Assembly (NCBI GenBank): GCA_002633005.1
Contig: NMRA01000780.1
Span: 87,209 to 151,208, forward strand
Reading direction: 5' to 3'
Origin: Phoronis australis
Taxonomy: Eukaryota > Animalia > Phoronida
Length of the DNA stretch: 64,000 bases
In this document: one piece after another, positions 26,094-38,842 of the stretch
Numbering within the stretch: position 1 is the first letter of the stretch
Layout of the letters: each line of letters starts with the position of its first letter
The notes under the pieces: generated by a model
Database searches by the model: none
Told to the model about the DNA's origin: nothing
The model's input: the letters and a program-made list of their open reading frames with translations, nothing else
Program-made: the position numbers and the translations under genes

Positions 26094-27439
26094 CACCAAA
26101 AACTCACCACTGTGTCGTCTGTTGAAGTTTGCGGCACTNTCTCTAGCGACCAAATTGAGGGAAGTAAGCTACAGCTCCATATCAACATCATAATACACGC
26201 TGGTATTTCTTAGGTGACACTGAACACTACGGCCGCAGCCAATTTGCAGAGCCAAAATATTGAAATTTTGGGGTAGGCCAGGCTTCGGGGTGTTTTTAAG
26301 TAGATGATGCACGTAAGCTCAGTGAATGGTTTATTTGTATTTGTGAACACGCTGGGAATGAGAGAACACCACTTGCTTGGCTGTAGCTACACGGGCTTTC
26401 TGCTGTATTTAGGCATAGCCGAATAGCGACTGAAAAATTGGCTGAGATTTTAGGTAACCCTCAAACAAGCCAGAATTGCAAAAAAATAGTAGATTGAAAG
26501 TACTTTTGAACCACGTTTTTGGAATCTGTAAGAAATTTGGTTTCAGAATCTAATGTTGGCTTACGTCCGTTCTTCGGCAGGGAAGTGGTGCTTTGGGGTG
26601 AAAAATGGCGATTTTATGTTTTTGCTCCTTTTTATTAGCCTAACTTCCTTTTCAGTAGGAGTGAAAGAGCCAAAAAATACAAGACACAATAAACTTTCTG
26701 TGCTCATCTGAAGGGTGTTTGAAGTGGAGAGACCCTAAACACGTCATTCCTTGCAGAGATAGTGAAAAATAGGTGACAAGTCCAGTGAGATCTACTCTGT
26801 GTCCCCTTACGTAGTAAATGACGTATGATGATTGGGTCACCAGGATTTGTCATCCGTACATAAAAAATTCAAAACGCCATTTTTTAAGTTATCCCCACAA
26901 TAGTTAGCCTACCTTTCATGTCATTATTGGGAATCAGGTCTTTTTTACACTTGTATGTGACCAGTATATTGCTTCCGGGAAGCCTAAAAAGGCAAATAAG
27001 GAAATCACACAAAACAAACGTAAAGTTACCAACCATTCCATCTTTGTATGAACAAGAGCAAATAACTTGCCACTTGGAGGAGCAGCGGTGGTCACGTTCA
27101 CAAGAGTACACTGGCCAAGTTGCCAAAGGATCTTGAAAGATGCTTAGGAGCAGCTTGGCGGATACAGAGGCAGACGACGAAAACAGACTCGAAAATAATA
27201 AAAACCGTTACTAGGTGGCGCAGAATACGTGGACTCCATCGCAAAATGAAAAGGTGCTGTCGTCTTCATAATAGCAAATCGTTTGTCAAATTTATTGAAA
27301 AACAGTCGATAAGTTCTGAAGAAACAGAGGCTAACATTAAAGTTCAATTTTCGAATAAGGGGCAGTCAGCGGTAGTTAGAGCTGTCTCACAGTCGTGGGC
27401 AGACGTTGACAAATTTCATTAATATTTTAAGGAAGGTAC

Positions 27440-28040
27440 GGCAGTGGACGCAGGAATGACAAAATCACAAACAGGGGGCGCCACAGTTGTCAGACCCGTC
27501 CGACATGGTCTTGTCATGAAGAACGCATCTTAAAACAATGAATATGATACTAGGAGGCGTAGAAGACGCCGAATCCTTCCGAAAATGAAAAGACACAATT
27601 GTACCCATAATAGAAACTTGTTTGCCAAAGCTCCTTCAATGACGGACATTTTTGTTCTAGAAACTCGTCATCTTCTGTTGTCAGCTCCATGGGAACATAA
27701 CTTCCAAACTTAACAAAGGTCCTGCAAATGGTTAAGGAGATATAGCCGCGGCTATTCGGGGTCGCCAGAGAGGCCGATTTTTCTTCGAAAATCAACTTCA
27801 TCAGAAACACATCTGCCAACTGTCATAATTATTATTCGAGCAGCTTTGTGGTTTAAACAAGCAACCGTCCAAGGATTCGAAAATTCAAAACAATGACATA
27901 CGTGTAAAAAATAAAGTTGCCACTAGGGAGCACCCCGGTGCCAAATCAGTCCGAGATTCGTCATTTGTTGTCTGCTTCATAGGATCACATCTACCAATTA
28001 AATCACATGAAGGTTCTGCAGGTGGCTTACCGTATACAGC
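27440..28040 (-). mobile_element. Copy of the same ~145-bp-unit repeat family
   Basis: AAACTCGTCATCTTCTGTTGTCAGCTCCATGGGAACA...AGGAGATATAGCCGCGG matches the reverse complement of ~56348-56440; GCCACTAGGGAGCAC at ~27919. Confidence 0.55.
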
Positions 28041-28375
28041 AGTGGATGAAGAACTCCCATACAGAGATGACGGTAAAAAACATAAATATGCACTAATGTG
28101 CGTGAATTTAAAATGTAAACCTCCAGTGATAGAGCTGATATGATACGGTCGATTTTACCAGATCAACAGGTGTGACGTGAACCATTATGTTATTGTGAAA
28201 CGTGCACTTCTGGGACTCGGACAACAGCAATGACAGTAATTCAGACAGCAACTCTATCAACAGTTTTATAACTAAGAACGATGTAAAAAGTGAAAAGACA
28301 TTATGAATAACAGCACCAACAACAAGTAACGAAACATCAGATATATACATCTCTTGCCTTAATACTAGTACACTA

Positions 28376-28620
28376 TTACCTAGTTAACCCCGCCTCTATC
28401 GACAGCTCTGGAGGTCTGACGGGCCGCTCCGTCATCGGTAGGGTTTCGTCCAGTTGATCGATCTGTCTATAGGCTATGCCAGAATCTTCTAAAGGTGCCA
28501 AGTGAGGAAGAATCCGTCGCGCCTTATCAAGCTGGTTGTTGTTCAAAAAGTGGTTAACCATCCATTGGTGAAAAAACGGCAGCCCCATGTGGTAGCAATT
28601 CTTTTGTACCAAATGATCAA
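28376..28620 (-). CDS. Candidate terminal exon of an unidentified gene
   Basis: Acceptor TTTCTGCTTACAG followed by a protein-like open frame DHLVQKNCYHMGLPFFHQWMVNHFLNN...GLTR-stop; no family recognised with confidence. Confidence 0.35.
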
Positions 28621-28818
28621 CTGTAAGCAGAAATGATTAATTCTGAAAACATTTAAGTTGTTGTTATTGAAATGTCAGCAACTTTGAAATATGGCGATTT
28701 GGCAGTCTGAAGATCTTGATAAGACCTAAATTGTAACTATATACCCTCTTTAAAACGCAAGTCCGTTGTTAGGAGCGACAAACATAGCATGAACATTCAT
28801 AGTGTCGAAATCCTGTAA

Positions 28819-28924
28819 CATGGGCGACGCACCATATAGCCCCCCACTTTTTCCATAGGCCATGCACCACAGGTGAGCTGGGAGGGCTTTAGCCCGCATT
28901 TTTTTCAGTGCTGCGCCGCCCACG
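28819..28924. mobile_element. MITE of the CATGGGCGGCGC family, 5-bp TSD TGTAA
   Basis: CATGGGCGACGC...GCGCCGCCCACG flanked by TGTAA; internal similarity to 4795-4934. Confidence 0.75.
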
Positions 28925-31900
28925 TGTAAAGGGTCATTTGACGTTTTTCAATTGTTGTCAATTAACGTGATTCAGTTTAATAAAGTGATACTTAATTGCT
29001 TATTGTCGCTTTTAATAATAGACTACGAGCTGAGAGCACCATCGTTCGCCAGTTTTTCTCGTAACGAGACAGAACACATGTTTATTTCCGGACTAACAGT
29101 ACAGGTCTTCGTTCTTAAACAACCTGAGGCTGCTATTACGCGATCATCCGATATTCAAGTTTTTACGTCCCGTTGGCACTCCTTATGCTCTTGAATATTT
29201 GGTAGTTGTCTAAACCCCTGTATACACACCACACTTTTTCGTATGCGACTTTTCGTATGCTTAAAAAGGTGCGTGTAAGTAGATATTCCAACAAAAATTT
29301 TTGCTGGTGACGTGACTCATACCCGAAACTTCAAGTTCATATGACGACAATCGAGAAGGATTTCAAATAATCTTAAGAAAAACTCCAGAGACCTGTTAAG
29401 TGCCAGAAACTTACCAGGATGCATGAAAATTTCACTTTTTGGCTACAAAAACAAAAAATGTCTTACACGGGAGGGGGTCAACCCTCCTTCTGACCACCCC
29501 CGCTCGGCGCCACGCGCCTCGGATTCGACCTTTGCGGGAAGTGCTAAACCCCCCCCCCCTTACTGAAAACGTAGATCCGCCACTGCAGTTAGTAAAAGAC
29601 TCTCTAAATATATTACACAGACCTATTTGTTAGTATTCCAATATCTATCGTCAACCAATATATGTGTTATATCAAATCGCACTGTCACTGTCTACATAAC
29701 CATATTGGCGACGAGGATAAAGAACTACTTTCATAGTAATGGTTCAACATTTTTACGTGCCTGTACCGAACGAACTTTGGGACAATAAAATATCACTTTC
29801 TGCGCAAATAGCGTCGCTTGGGTGAGATTCTCAACTTACCAATAATTCTTATATTGCTTTCCTCTAAAATCGTACAATATCATGAGTTTTGATTCAGGGA
29901 TACGTTTGAATCCATGCACTAGAAAAATTTTGTTATGTTGAACACTGGGTCATTTCTCTAATTCTTTGGGTTACGGCCAGTGGCAAGTTAAAAAATCCCC
30001 TGGGTCTGACAGCCTAGTTTCTCCACGGCGCGTTCCCAGCACAGAAGCACGGTATCTGCAAAGGCTCTACTCTAACGGCATGTAGTTGTCCATGTGTCGC
30101 GCGCGCGCGGCTTGTCTTCACAGCGCGTGCATGCACTCTCACCGAATCGTGCAAACCACCCACGTCGACGCTCAGCGATCTCTCGCAAGACACCTCACCT
30201 TACCGACTTCTCTTGTACACGCACAATTTCTGCACTGACTCCTCAAGCTGAGTGCAGTGATGGCTTCTGTAGGACTCAACTTAATTTTTTTGCAGATAGA
30301 CAAACAGGCTCAGGCTCGGAACAGGAGCTAGTTCACCATTTCACCACCAACTTTCACATGGTCAAAAATAGAATTATTTTATTCTTGGTCTTGCTACAAC
30401 ATCAATACCAGCTGGTACAGCACTCTCGATTGCCCGCTTATGCAATGTTTGTTGACAGGGTTAGATTAGAGCTAGTGTCCTTGTATAACCTCCGCCCCAG
30501 TTGTCAGTCACTGAGCTGGTGAGCACTCAAGCAACATGACTTACTGAGGCTTGGTCAACTATAGCTAAAAAAACAACTTTGGATTTTCAGAATGTTTTTA
30601 TTTTTCTTCAGTATACTGTGCATCAAGAATTAAAGATTAGGATGACATAAAAATGTAAAAAAACAGTCAAAATTATTTTTTCTGTGTTTCCACCTACCTT
30701 GCTGTTGATAACTACGTATGTATTTGATAGTGAAACCATGCGGCACTTTTTGCCCTATTTTTCCGCAAATTCTTTGCTTGAGAGAAAACAGCTACATGTA
30801 TAATAATTGCACATTTTTTCGTTCATAAGATGATTTGTTAAGATTGTAAGAATTTTATGGAAAATTACGCATGCAAATACATGCACGGACGGCTTAATTG
30901 TGGCCAAGACGCCAAAATCGAGAACAGTCAACCATTCAGCATCTTTTGAAATTAGACACAGTAATTGGCCCACCCAACCCGTTGCATATAGGTACCGGGT
31001 ACCCAATCTTAACTGGACAGCGGCAGATGGATGGAAAATTACCGGTACTAGGTTTTGAGAGGAAGCAATAAAATTTGTAAGTACAGATTATGCATTTCCA
31101 GGTCCCAAGACTTGACCACGATGCAGCAAGTGTTGTATCACTGCAGCAGGCAGAAGACACTCCGGCCTTCATTTAAGTGGATAAAGCCCTGACCCCCCAA
31201 CCCCAAACAAAATTATATTAAGCATAAAAATGCCGCAAGTGTAATATTTGATTTTTTTGGTCAACAAAAATGCACGGGATTTTTTGATTGATGGAAACGT
31301 GCAAATCTGTGCACGGAGCACTCGGTTGCGCCAAAACATACTGAATTGGCGAAATGTGTGTCTTTGCATATCGTTCTTACTGAACTGAGGGAATATTTTT
31401 GGTGTTAAGAAAAAAGTAACTGTGAAATTTCACCGATGAACTTGTTGGTAGTCAAAAATTAAGAATTGTCAAAGCACCGAACAATTTTGAGCACAAGGAA
31501 TTTTTGTATTGCATCGATAAACACTCAAATCTTTTGAACTGTTAAGATGGGATTTATTTTTGAAAAACTGTAATTCGTTGTTGCGGAACAGACTTCGACC
31601 AACATTACGATAAAAAATGAGTGATAAATCACAAGACGTCTTCAATTGAATTATCTTGGGGCCGGCGAGACTAAGAACTTTCGTTGGCCCATTGTCAAAC
31701 GATAAGTACGAATCACTAAAGGGCTCTAAACCTCAGACAGACTGTTTTATATATCTGAGCTTAAACTTATGTACTGTTCGATATGCGCATTGAACTGTTC
31801 GTAATCAATGCGTACATATAGTGGTATACAGTTTCAACGTGCAGAAATGTACTCGTCAGTTTAACAACCCTCTGTGCTTCCTAAATAAGGGTAAGTAAGG

Positions 31901-32515
31901 TCTCGACCATCTAACTTATAGCCGGGCTACGTCTGATATCCGTTTGACGTTATTTACCCTCGTTCGAGATGTCAAGACCACTAAGTCGTCAAATTTGCGC
32001 CATTAATCTGAGAAAGGAATAAGTTGAAACGTAATGGATGTAAATTGGGTTTTATAACGGTAAAAGTGATTAAACTCACTAAGTAAGTCATATTTTGGCG
32101 ACAGGGTGGATTAGTTTCCCACTATCACAAGTGGTGGCGCATCTCGGCAGCACCAAATAATGCCAAAAAGCGTTGGTATGTATCTTTGAAAATCATGTTC
32201 GATCAACTGAATGCCAGTACTATTTGAACTATCATTCAGCTGGCGTTAGCTCACCGTACTCCATCACTTTGATTTATTGTTAAGAGCACTTCTTAAATTA
32301 TGGTCTCGCTGTTTGGGTGAGCAAACAGTGAAAATTAGGTGGGAAATTTTCATGCAGGCAGGTACGAGTGTGCCCGTAGCTTCGACTTTTCGAATAACCA
32401 CCCACGGGTTTACCGGCCAACTATCAAACAAGTGACGCATCCATTTCGTCACAATTATTCTCGACCAATCGATCTGGAAATCTTCCTTTATTTCAGTCTA
32501 TCTCAACCGTTAGCC

Positions 32516-34075
32516 ATGACGGACCGAGTTTTCTATTGGTACGTCATCTTAATTCTGGCAGCCGTTTTTATAGCAAATCTGTTGATCATTAACATCTTAA
32601 TCATCTGCGCCGTTTATTTTCTGAAATCTTCACGGACCCCTTCCTATCTTTTGTTCACCAGTCTATGTGCTGCTAACATCTTCGCCGCCATCTACGTGAC
32701 CCCCGTAATGGCAATTAATTCAGTGGACGTGACGATTTCACCGACTAAAGCGGGATGCACAATGTACGAATATTTCAGATCTCTGGTCACTTACTCCAGA
32801 GCTTTTTCGTACGTTGCTATCGCATATCAGCGCCACAAGCGGGTTGTTCAAGTAGCTCTATCAACCAAAACGATACTGCGCACAATGGTCTTGGTATGGG
32901 TTCTGAGCGCCATTTTCGCGTTGGAAACTCTTGCAACTGGCTTCAATGAAATAAAGATCACAAACGCTACGGGCGACTTGATAGACACGAAATCTCTGTG
33001 CGTACAATCTGAGAAAAATGTAGCACTACGAGAAGGACAATATTTGGTAAACTTCATTCTTTCGTCCGTACTACCAATATGTGTTTTGCTTGCTCTCTAT
33101 AGCAGGGTTGTGATTGTCATAGTCCGTCATTGCCCTGGAGGACACCTAGAACTTTTAAAACAGACAGTTGAAGTCCTAAATGAAATAGCATCAAAATCCA
33201 CGTTGGGGATTGCCGAAAGCGGAAGCCCAAGCAAGCGCTTAACGCGTAATGTGTCAACTAATGCTGGAGAACACCAGCATACAAGTACCAGCAGCGTATC
33301 TCAGTTTAAAGCAATAGTGTCAATCATGGAAGACATTTCCGCAGGTCACTTGGGTCTCGCTACAAGAAGAAGACGAGAGACGACGAGGAATTCCGAACCA
33401 GCCAACAGAAACATTAATACCAGTGCCACTAGTTGTGAATCACGTTTCCAGTCACTGCCAGATGCGTTAAATCGTTTTGGAACAGCACCGCAGAAAGTTC
33501 CAGAAAAAATGGGAACTTCTCCAGCAACGAAAGAAAGTTCAGACCAATTTCTCAATACCTGGTTGCGTGATGCTTTCGGGAACGATGTCTCAAGTCAACA
33601 AAACACCCGTGAATGCATAACGAAACGGCCTATCGCGACATCAACAATAGCCGATTTAAAGAAGAGTTTTTCATTCAACCTCGACGATGAAATGCCACCC
33701 ATACCTGCGGAGTATTCCAGTAGAATCATGGCTTCACTGCTCATAATCGCCATGCTGGTGCTTTTTATAATGGTGGAGGTAGCTCAAACAGCTTTAGGGA
33801 TGTACACACTGTTCGGACCTGGTTACTTCCACGGAATAGTAGAGGTTCAGCAGACGATATGGCTACTGGTTCTGTTTGGCGGCTGCTCAGACGGGCTGTT
33901 CATGTTAGCAATGAACGCGAAACTGAGGACTGCAGTTAAAAACATGTTCAATCGGTGCTGCAAACCTAAATTAATTGGCAATCCAATAGTGGATGTCACA
34001 GTTAACACAAATCCAAATGAATCCTCGTGCAATAACACCCCGATTCAAGTATTAGTCAATTCTCGGAGAAGCTGA
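32516..34075 (+). CDS. Divergent rhodopsin-like (class A) GPCR, about 519 aa, long third intracellular loop
   Basis: Long ORF with 7 hydrophobic segments; TM3 Cys, W4.50, ECL2 Cys and TM5 LP..Y present. An acceptor TTTCAG ends at 32496 upstream of the ATG at 32516, so an upstream exon is possible. Confidence 0.85.
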   Translation: MTDRVFYWYVILILAAVFIANLLIINILIICAVYFLKSSRTPSYLLFTSLCAANIFAAIYVTPVMAINSVDVTISPTKAGCTMYEYFRSLVTYSRAFSYVAIAYQRHKRVVQVALSTKTILRTMVLVWVLSAIFALETLATGFNEIKITNATGDLIDTKSLCVQSEKNVALREGQYLVNFILSSVLPICVLLALYSRVVIVIVRHCPGGHLELLKQTVEVLNEIASKSTLGIAESGSPSKRLTRNVSTNAGEHQHTSTSSVSQFKAIVSIMEDISAGHLGLATRRRRETTRNSEPANRNINTSATSCESRFQSLPDALNRFGTAPQKVPEKMGTSPATKESSDQFLNTWLRDAFGNDVSSQQNTRECITKRPIATSTIADLKKSFSFNLDDEMPPIPAEYSSRIMASLLIIAMLVLFIMVEVAQTALGMYTLFGPGYFHGIVEVQQTIWLLVLFGGCSDGLFMLAMNAKLRTAVKNMFNRCCKPKLIGNPIVDVTVNTNPNESSCNNTPIQVLVNSRRS

Positions 34076-36717
34076 GTGCGTTGTACATGTACTTTAGCGC
34101 GCCTTGTGCACTGCGGTTTCCGGCGTCTGTGTTCGTTAACATAAAAATAAAAGAAGTGGTTACTTTTTTAGATCTTTCAACGGTGGAGTGATACATGGTA
34201 ATCCCGCGTAACAGATCGTACAACGTTTTCCCACTGAGTTTCGGACCACTCTCGATGAAACCTTGATCTCATCTCTAAAGAGCCTTTTGGCTGAAGCCTT
34301 AAAGCAATTGCGAGCCCCCCCCCCTCGCCTTCCCCCCTCACAACATACATCTTTTGATATAGAGCTTATTTCGATCGAAGTTGGTTTAAAAGGTTCCAGT
34401 GGGTGTGATGTCAGAGCGTCAGAAGAACTCGGACAGTTCATTACTAGAGACCAGGCTGTGGAATGAGTTGACTTTTCGCGTGCCATTCGAGCGGAACATA
34501 CATGATGTCGAAGTAGAACGTAGTTCACTGAGAAATCAATTCTCGGAGTTAAGAACACATTGAGGCCAATATTATTCCTCAAATAGGTCTAAATCAAAGT
34601 TGGTGTCATTTCTTGGTCGAATGGAACGTGGGTTTATAACATGACGGACATTTCTAAATTAACATCAAGAACTAAGGTGGTGGCAATAGTCGCATACAGT
34701 GGTCCCGGATTTTGAGAATGAATTTTATAAATGGAATTCTCCCACTGGGGAATTCTCCCACTGGAGAAGATTGGTTGTCATGACGCAGGGTCCCTATAGG
34801 CGACTAGCACCCAAAAGTCTAGGGCTGAACTGTCGGAAGATTCCCTTCATTTTCCTTCAGCATCGAATATCTATAATCTTCATTGGCTAAAAACTGCTCA
34901 GGTAGCATGACATGTGACCCCCATTCATTAGGAAAAGCCAATGGAAGCACGGAAGGCCAACGCATGCACTCCTTGTCATTACTTAACTTTTTATTTTCTC
35001 CAAAAGTGTCAGTTTTCCAAGACAATGTCCAACAGACCTGCTTGGGAAAAGTACTCGTGACAACTGAAAAACGGAAATTCTTAATTAGTAAAAATGAAGG
35101 AGTAATTAATAGCCGATTATTTATTGAACAAAATCAACAATAGTGTAATAATAATCTCCACCGTACCAATATAATTTCCATATCAAAGTATATAACAGAA
35201 ATATCCAAAATTTTCACCATGTACCTCGAAAAAAATGAAGGACAAATTAAATTTACATTTTAACTATGACAGTCTTTGCACAGATCTTCATAACAAATCT
35301 TGGCACAGCCAAAATCTATTTCCAAAGGGCATAACTTTATTTTCCTACATGCTCAGCATAAACCACTACCTAATACATAATAAGTCTATTTTATACCAGT
35401 GCAGTAAACTGCCTTCCAATCAATGAATATAAACCAACTGCCTTGACCACTGCTGCCGCATGTTTTAACTACATGTTGTATCTCAACAACCAAGTCTAAT
35501 TGAAAGTTCAGTGACCCCTTGCATAAAATAGTCCCAAATACAGTCCCAAATACGGAGTCAACTAAGTTCCCTAAATCTACTGGGTATTTGTGTATTTGTA
35601 AAAGCACTGATCGCCCTTTCTTATGATGTTTGAGTGACATTACTATGTCATTCTTTGGCTTTGATACAAATTGAGAGTGAACTCTGCATTGAATTCTCAA
35701 TATTATTGACAATAAGTACATGTAGGGATCTTTTCATGCAACGCACCTAATTTAATGGCCAAGTCACTGATTATTATGAGTCAATTAAGGGCTCAGTGAT
35801 TAGTTAAAATTAGAAAAGCCCTAAGTCTAAGAGGAGCTCATAATAAAGATAAAAAAATAGAAAAATATTACATCTGTGAGTAAAGAATAAGCAAAAGATT
35901 CAGGGAACTTAGTAGAGTCCTTATTTAGTACTGTTTCATGCAACCAAGCACAGTAAAACACAAAATGGTCAGTAAATGCTTAGATGAGAGATAGGTGGAG
36001 CTGCTTGTCTTTACTTAAAGTCTATTATAGTGAACAACTAGTCGACATTCACTTGCTAGTGCTAATGAATAAAGGTCCACCTTTTTAGCTTGTGAATTAG
36101 CTAACAACAAAAAGCAGGTCAGCATTCTCCATACGATAAAGGTGTCACCTGACATGTCTAGTCTACGGGACAGACTGATGTTACACTAACCTTCCCTAGT
36201 GAATTTTGAGACATTCAAGGAGACAGAATCGTTACCAATCCACAGTCAAAAGTGACACGATCAATGACAAATAATATATTAAATCTGCAAACACAAGTCA
36301 GTCAGCAATTTTCAAGCAAAACAAAGGAGACATTCGACCATCGACTCCAGATCCACAGCAATGACCACAAACCTGTTGTGCAACAGGTGGCATAATGACG
36401 TTCCTAATTCTGAACAAGAATCCCTCATGTGACCATACATCCAGCCAGGAGCTAAAAACATTCAGGCTCTGAGAGTTATCAATAGTCTGGTTGAATGGTT
36501 GAAAACTATATTTACTCTGCAACTCTAACCTTGCTGAACCATTCAGCAACGTTGGTAGAATTTTCCACCCTGATTTTTTTCCCGTTTTATTTTACTAATG
36601 CACCCTAGCACAGTAAAAAATAATTTAAATTGTGTAACAAATTTTGATTAATTGAAGTGCCCCCTCCCCCCCCCCACCCCCTCCCTTCCTGAAGCCAGAC
36701 AAATCCTCATCACCTGA

Positions 36718-36921
36718 CTACTTCCGAGACTCTCCAAGAATACGGAGAATATAGAGGAAGAGGTTGATGATGTCAAGGTAGAGGTCAATCGATGCCAGGA
36801 TGTACTCCTCAGGCGACAGTCGGTGCATGATCATGTGAGTGTCGTAGATGATGAAGAGTGAGAAGATCACAGCACCACCTATGGAGATGGCCTTCTGCAT
36901 CAATGGACTTGGAAAGAAAAC
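36718..36921 (-). CDS. TMBIM4: TMBIM4 terminal exon (244 aa total)
   Basis: FIIYDTH...LSPEEYILASIDLYLDIINLFLYILRIL contains the BI-1 family di-aspartate motif and SPEEY; TAG stop. Confidence 0.95.
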   Translation of the reverse strand, partial: VFFPSPLMQKAISIGGAVIFSLFIIYDTHMIMHRLSPEEYILASIDLYLDIINLFLYILRILGESRK

Positions 36922-37054
36922 CTGAACAAAGAAGTCGGGAATTAAATATGGCTTTACAAACAAATCAAAATTTTTAAATGAGCAGTATTTCATGCAGCTT
37001 AGATGGTATAATCACTACTTACTTTCAATCATTATAAGTGCTTTTATTGCTAGT

Positions 37055-37195
37055 GTGATTATTACTATTATTATTATTATTATCATTATTATCACTATTG
37101 GCATTATATTATCATTACTATTACTGTTTCCACTACTATTACTATTATTAACTACTATTGCTCCTATTACTATTATTATGATATTATCATTATAA
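37055..37195. repeat. Degenerate (ATT/ACT)n microsatellite
   Basis: Runs of ATT, ACT and ATC triplets in the last TMBIM4 intron. Confidence 0.85.
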
Positions 37196-37232
37196 TTACA
37201 CGTCTAATCATTGGTATTGTACATTACAGTAC

Positions 37233-37278
37233 CTGCAGCATGCCAGCAATTATTAATATCCACAAAACAGCAAACAAC
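37233..37278 (-). CDS. TMBIM4: TMBIM4 coding exon 6
   Basis: GLFAVLWILIIAGMLQ; acceptor TTTTTTCCAG, donor GTACTG; phases 2/0 fit. Confidence 0.9.
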
Positions 37279-37709
37279 CTGGAAAAAAACAAAGATTGTC
37301 AGGATATAAACATTAATTTCAGTTACCAGCTAAAGACAGCGGAGTATCATTTCAGACCAAGACCATAACTAACTGCAGACAAGAGCCATGTGGAAAGTTT
37401 AAATGCATCCACAATAGCACCCCAAATGGTACTGTATGCGTCTAGGGGTGTTTATCACAGCCATTAGATGGTGGGAATATGCTGAATGCATTCAGAAGTG
37501 GAGAGGTGTAGTTGTCCCATAAACTGAACAATATTTGCTAAATTTCATGAAAATCCATCAAGGAACTCCAAAGATAACAGAGGTGAATGAAAAAAATTTC
37601 CATTGCTATGTAAAGCGTAAGACTGAGCCAAGCATTTGTTGTTAATTTGTTAAGAATAAACTTGACAAAATTCAAAAAGACCTTGAAAGGGAGTAGAGAA
37701 GATACGACA

Positions 37710-38145
37710 GAAAAGAACACTGGGGGACACCACAGTAGCTGGACATATCTGAAAATTCACCTCAGTGTGTCTGAAAGATTTGGCATATACATTCTTGGCC
37801 AAACAACTCAAAAATAATAAAAGTGGCCACTAGGTGTTGCAGAGTACATCAAATTCATCCTGTCGTGTTCATAATAGCAACTTGTTAAGCAAATTTCATG
37901 AACTACCATCAAAAAACTGACGATACCAAAGCACACAATATAAAAACGAAAATTGCCACTAGGAGGCACAGCATTAGTTGGACCGGTTCAAAATCTGTCC
38001 TCATCTGTCGTCAGCTTCATAGGCACACATGTGTCAAATCTCATTAAGATCCAGCAAAGCATAGGAGATACAGCAGCGGGTTCTGGACGCCCAGACAAAG
38101 ATCAGAGCAATATGCGACATGCGCCCAAATGTGGGAGCATTACAA
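37710..38145 (-). mobile_element. Copy of the same ~145-bp-unit repeat family in a TMBIM4 intron
   Basis: GCCACTAGGTGTTGC at ~37826 and GCCACTAGGAGGCAC at ~37955; colinear with 56282-56510 in reverse. Confidence 0.6.
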
Positions 38146-38724
38146 GTAATATAAATGTTAAAACTACTGACGACATAAACACTTGTGTAACCTTGCAAGG
38201 TTAACAACCATTCCTTGTATAGCTGAAAGTCAATTTAAGTGATCACAGAACGGTATTGATTAACCAGTAATAAATGCAAATCAGTACCTCGAAGTTGCAT
38301 GGTGACACTTTTTATTTCACATCTTATTTAAAGTTATATTGGGTGCTGCATTGGCAGGTCAAGAACGGCTAACTTCAAAATATAAGTAAAAGCAAGAACG
38401 AAACAGTGTAATGAGCCAAAGGCAATACCCATGAGCTCCACTCTCACCATTATATCCACAGAAATCAAGAAGTGTAACTTAACTTAAAGCACAATGAAAC
38501 TTGCCAATGCCTGAAACAGAATGACCCAAGGTAGTAGCCAAATTACCCAATCAGCACCCAGTACACCTTCAAATAATATGCATTACATTTATTCCTTCCC
38601 ACTATACCAGGCTTTGTATAATTTTTGCTATTCAATTTGAATGACAATGAAAGGCTGATGCAATACATAAACACAATATTGCCTGGCAGTAATAAAACAG
38701 TCAGATAATATTCTTCATAGTTAC

Positions 38725-38842
38725 CCAGCTCCCATTAATGAGAAGTCCCGTTTGCTCTGAAGAGTGTAGACTGTGAGAGCCACTGCAACAGCACAGGTCA
38801 AGCAAAACGCTTCAAGGACAATCAGCTGATCATAAAATGTCA
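38725..38842 (-). CDS. TMBIM4: TMBIM4 coding exon 5 (copy 2, identical; probable haplotype duplicate)
   Basis: Same 118-nt exon inside a ~900-bp duplicated block ending at the N at 39346. Confidence 0.7.

Noticed and set aside
32339-32515. N-terminal extension of the GPCR ORF from the ORF track
   Set aside because: It starts at GTG and runs through a polypyrimidine tract and AG acceptor at 32496, so it is probably intronic.
36992-37195. Hydrophobic poly-Ile/Leu ORF resembling a membrane peptide
   Set aside because: Translation of an (ATT)n microsatellite antisense in a TMBIM4 intron.
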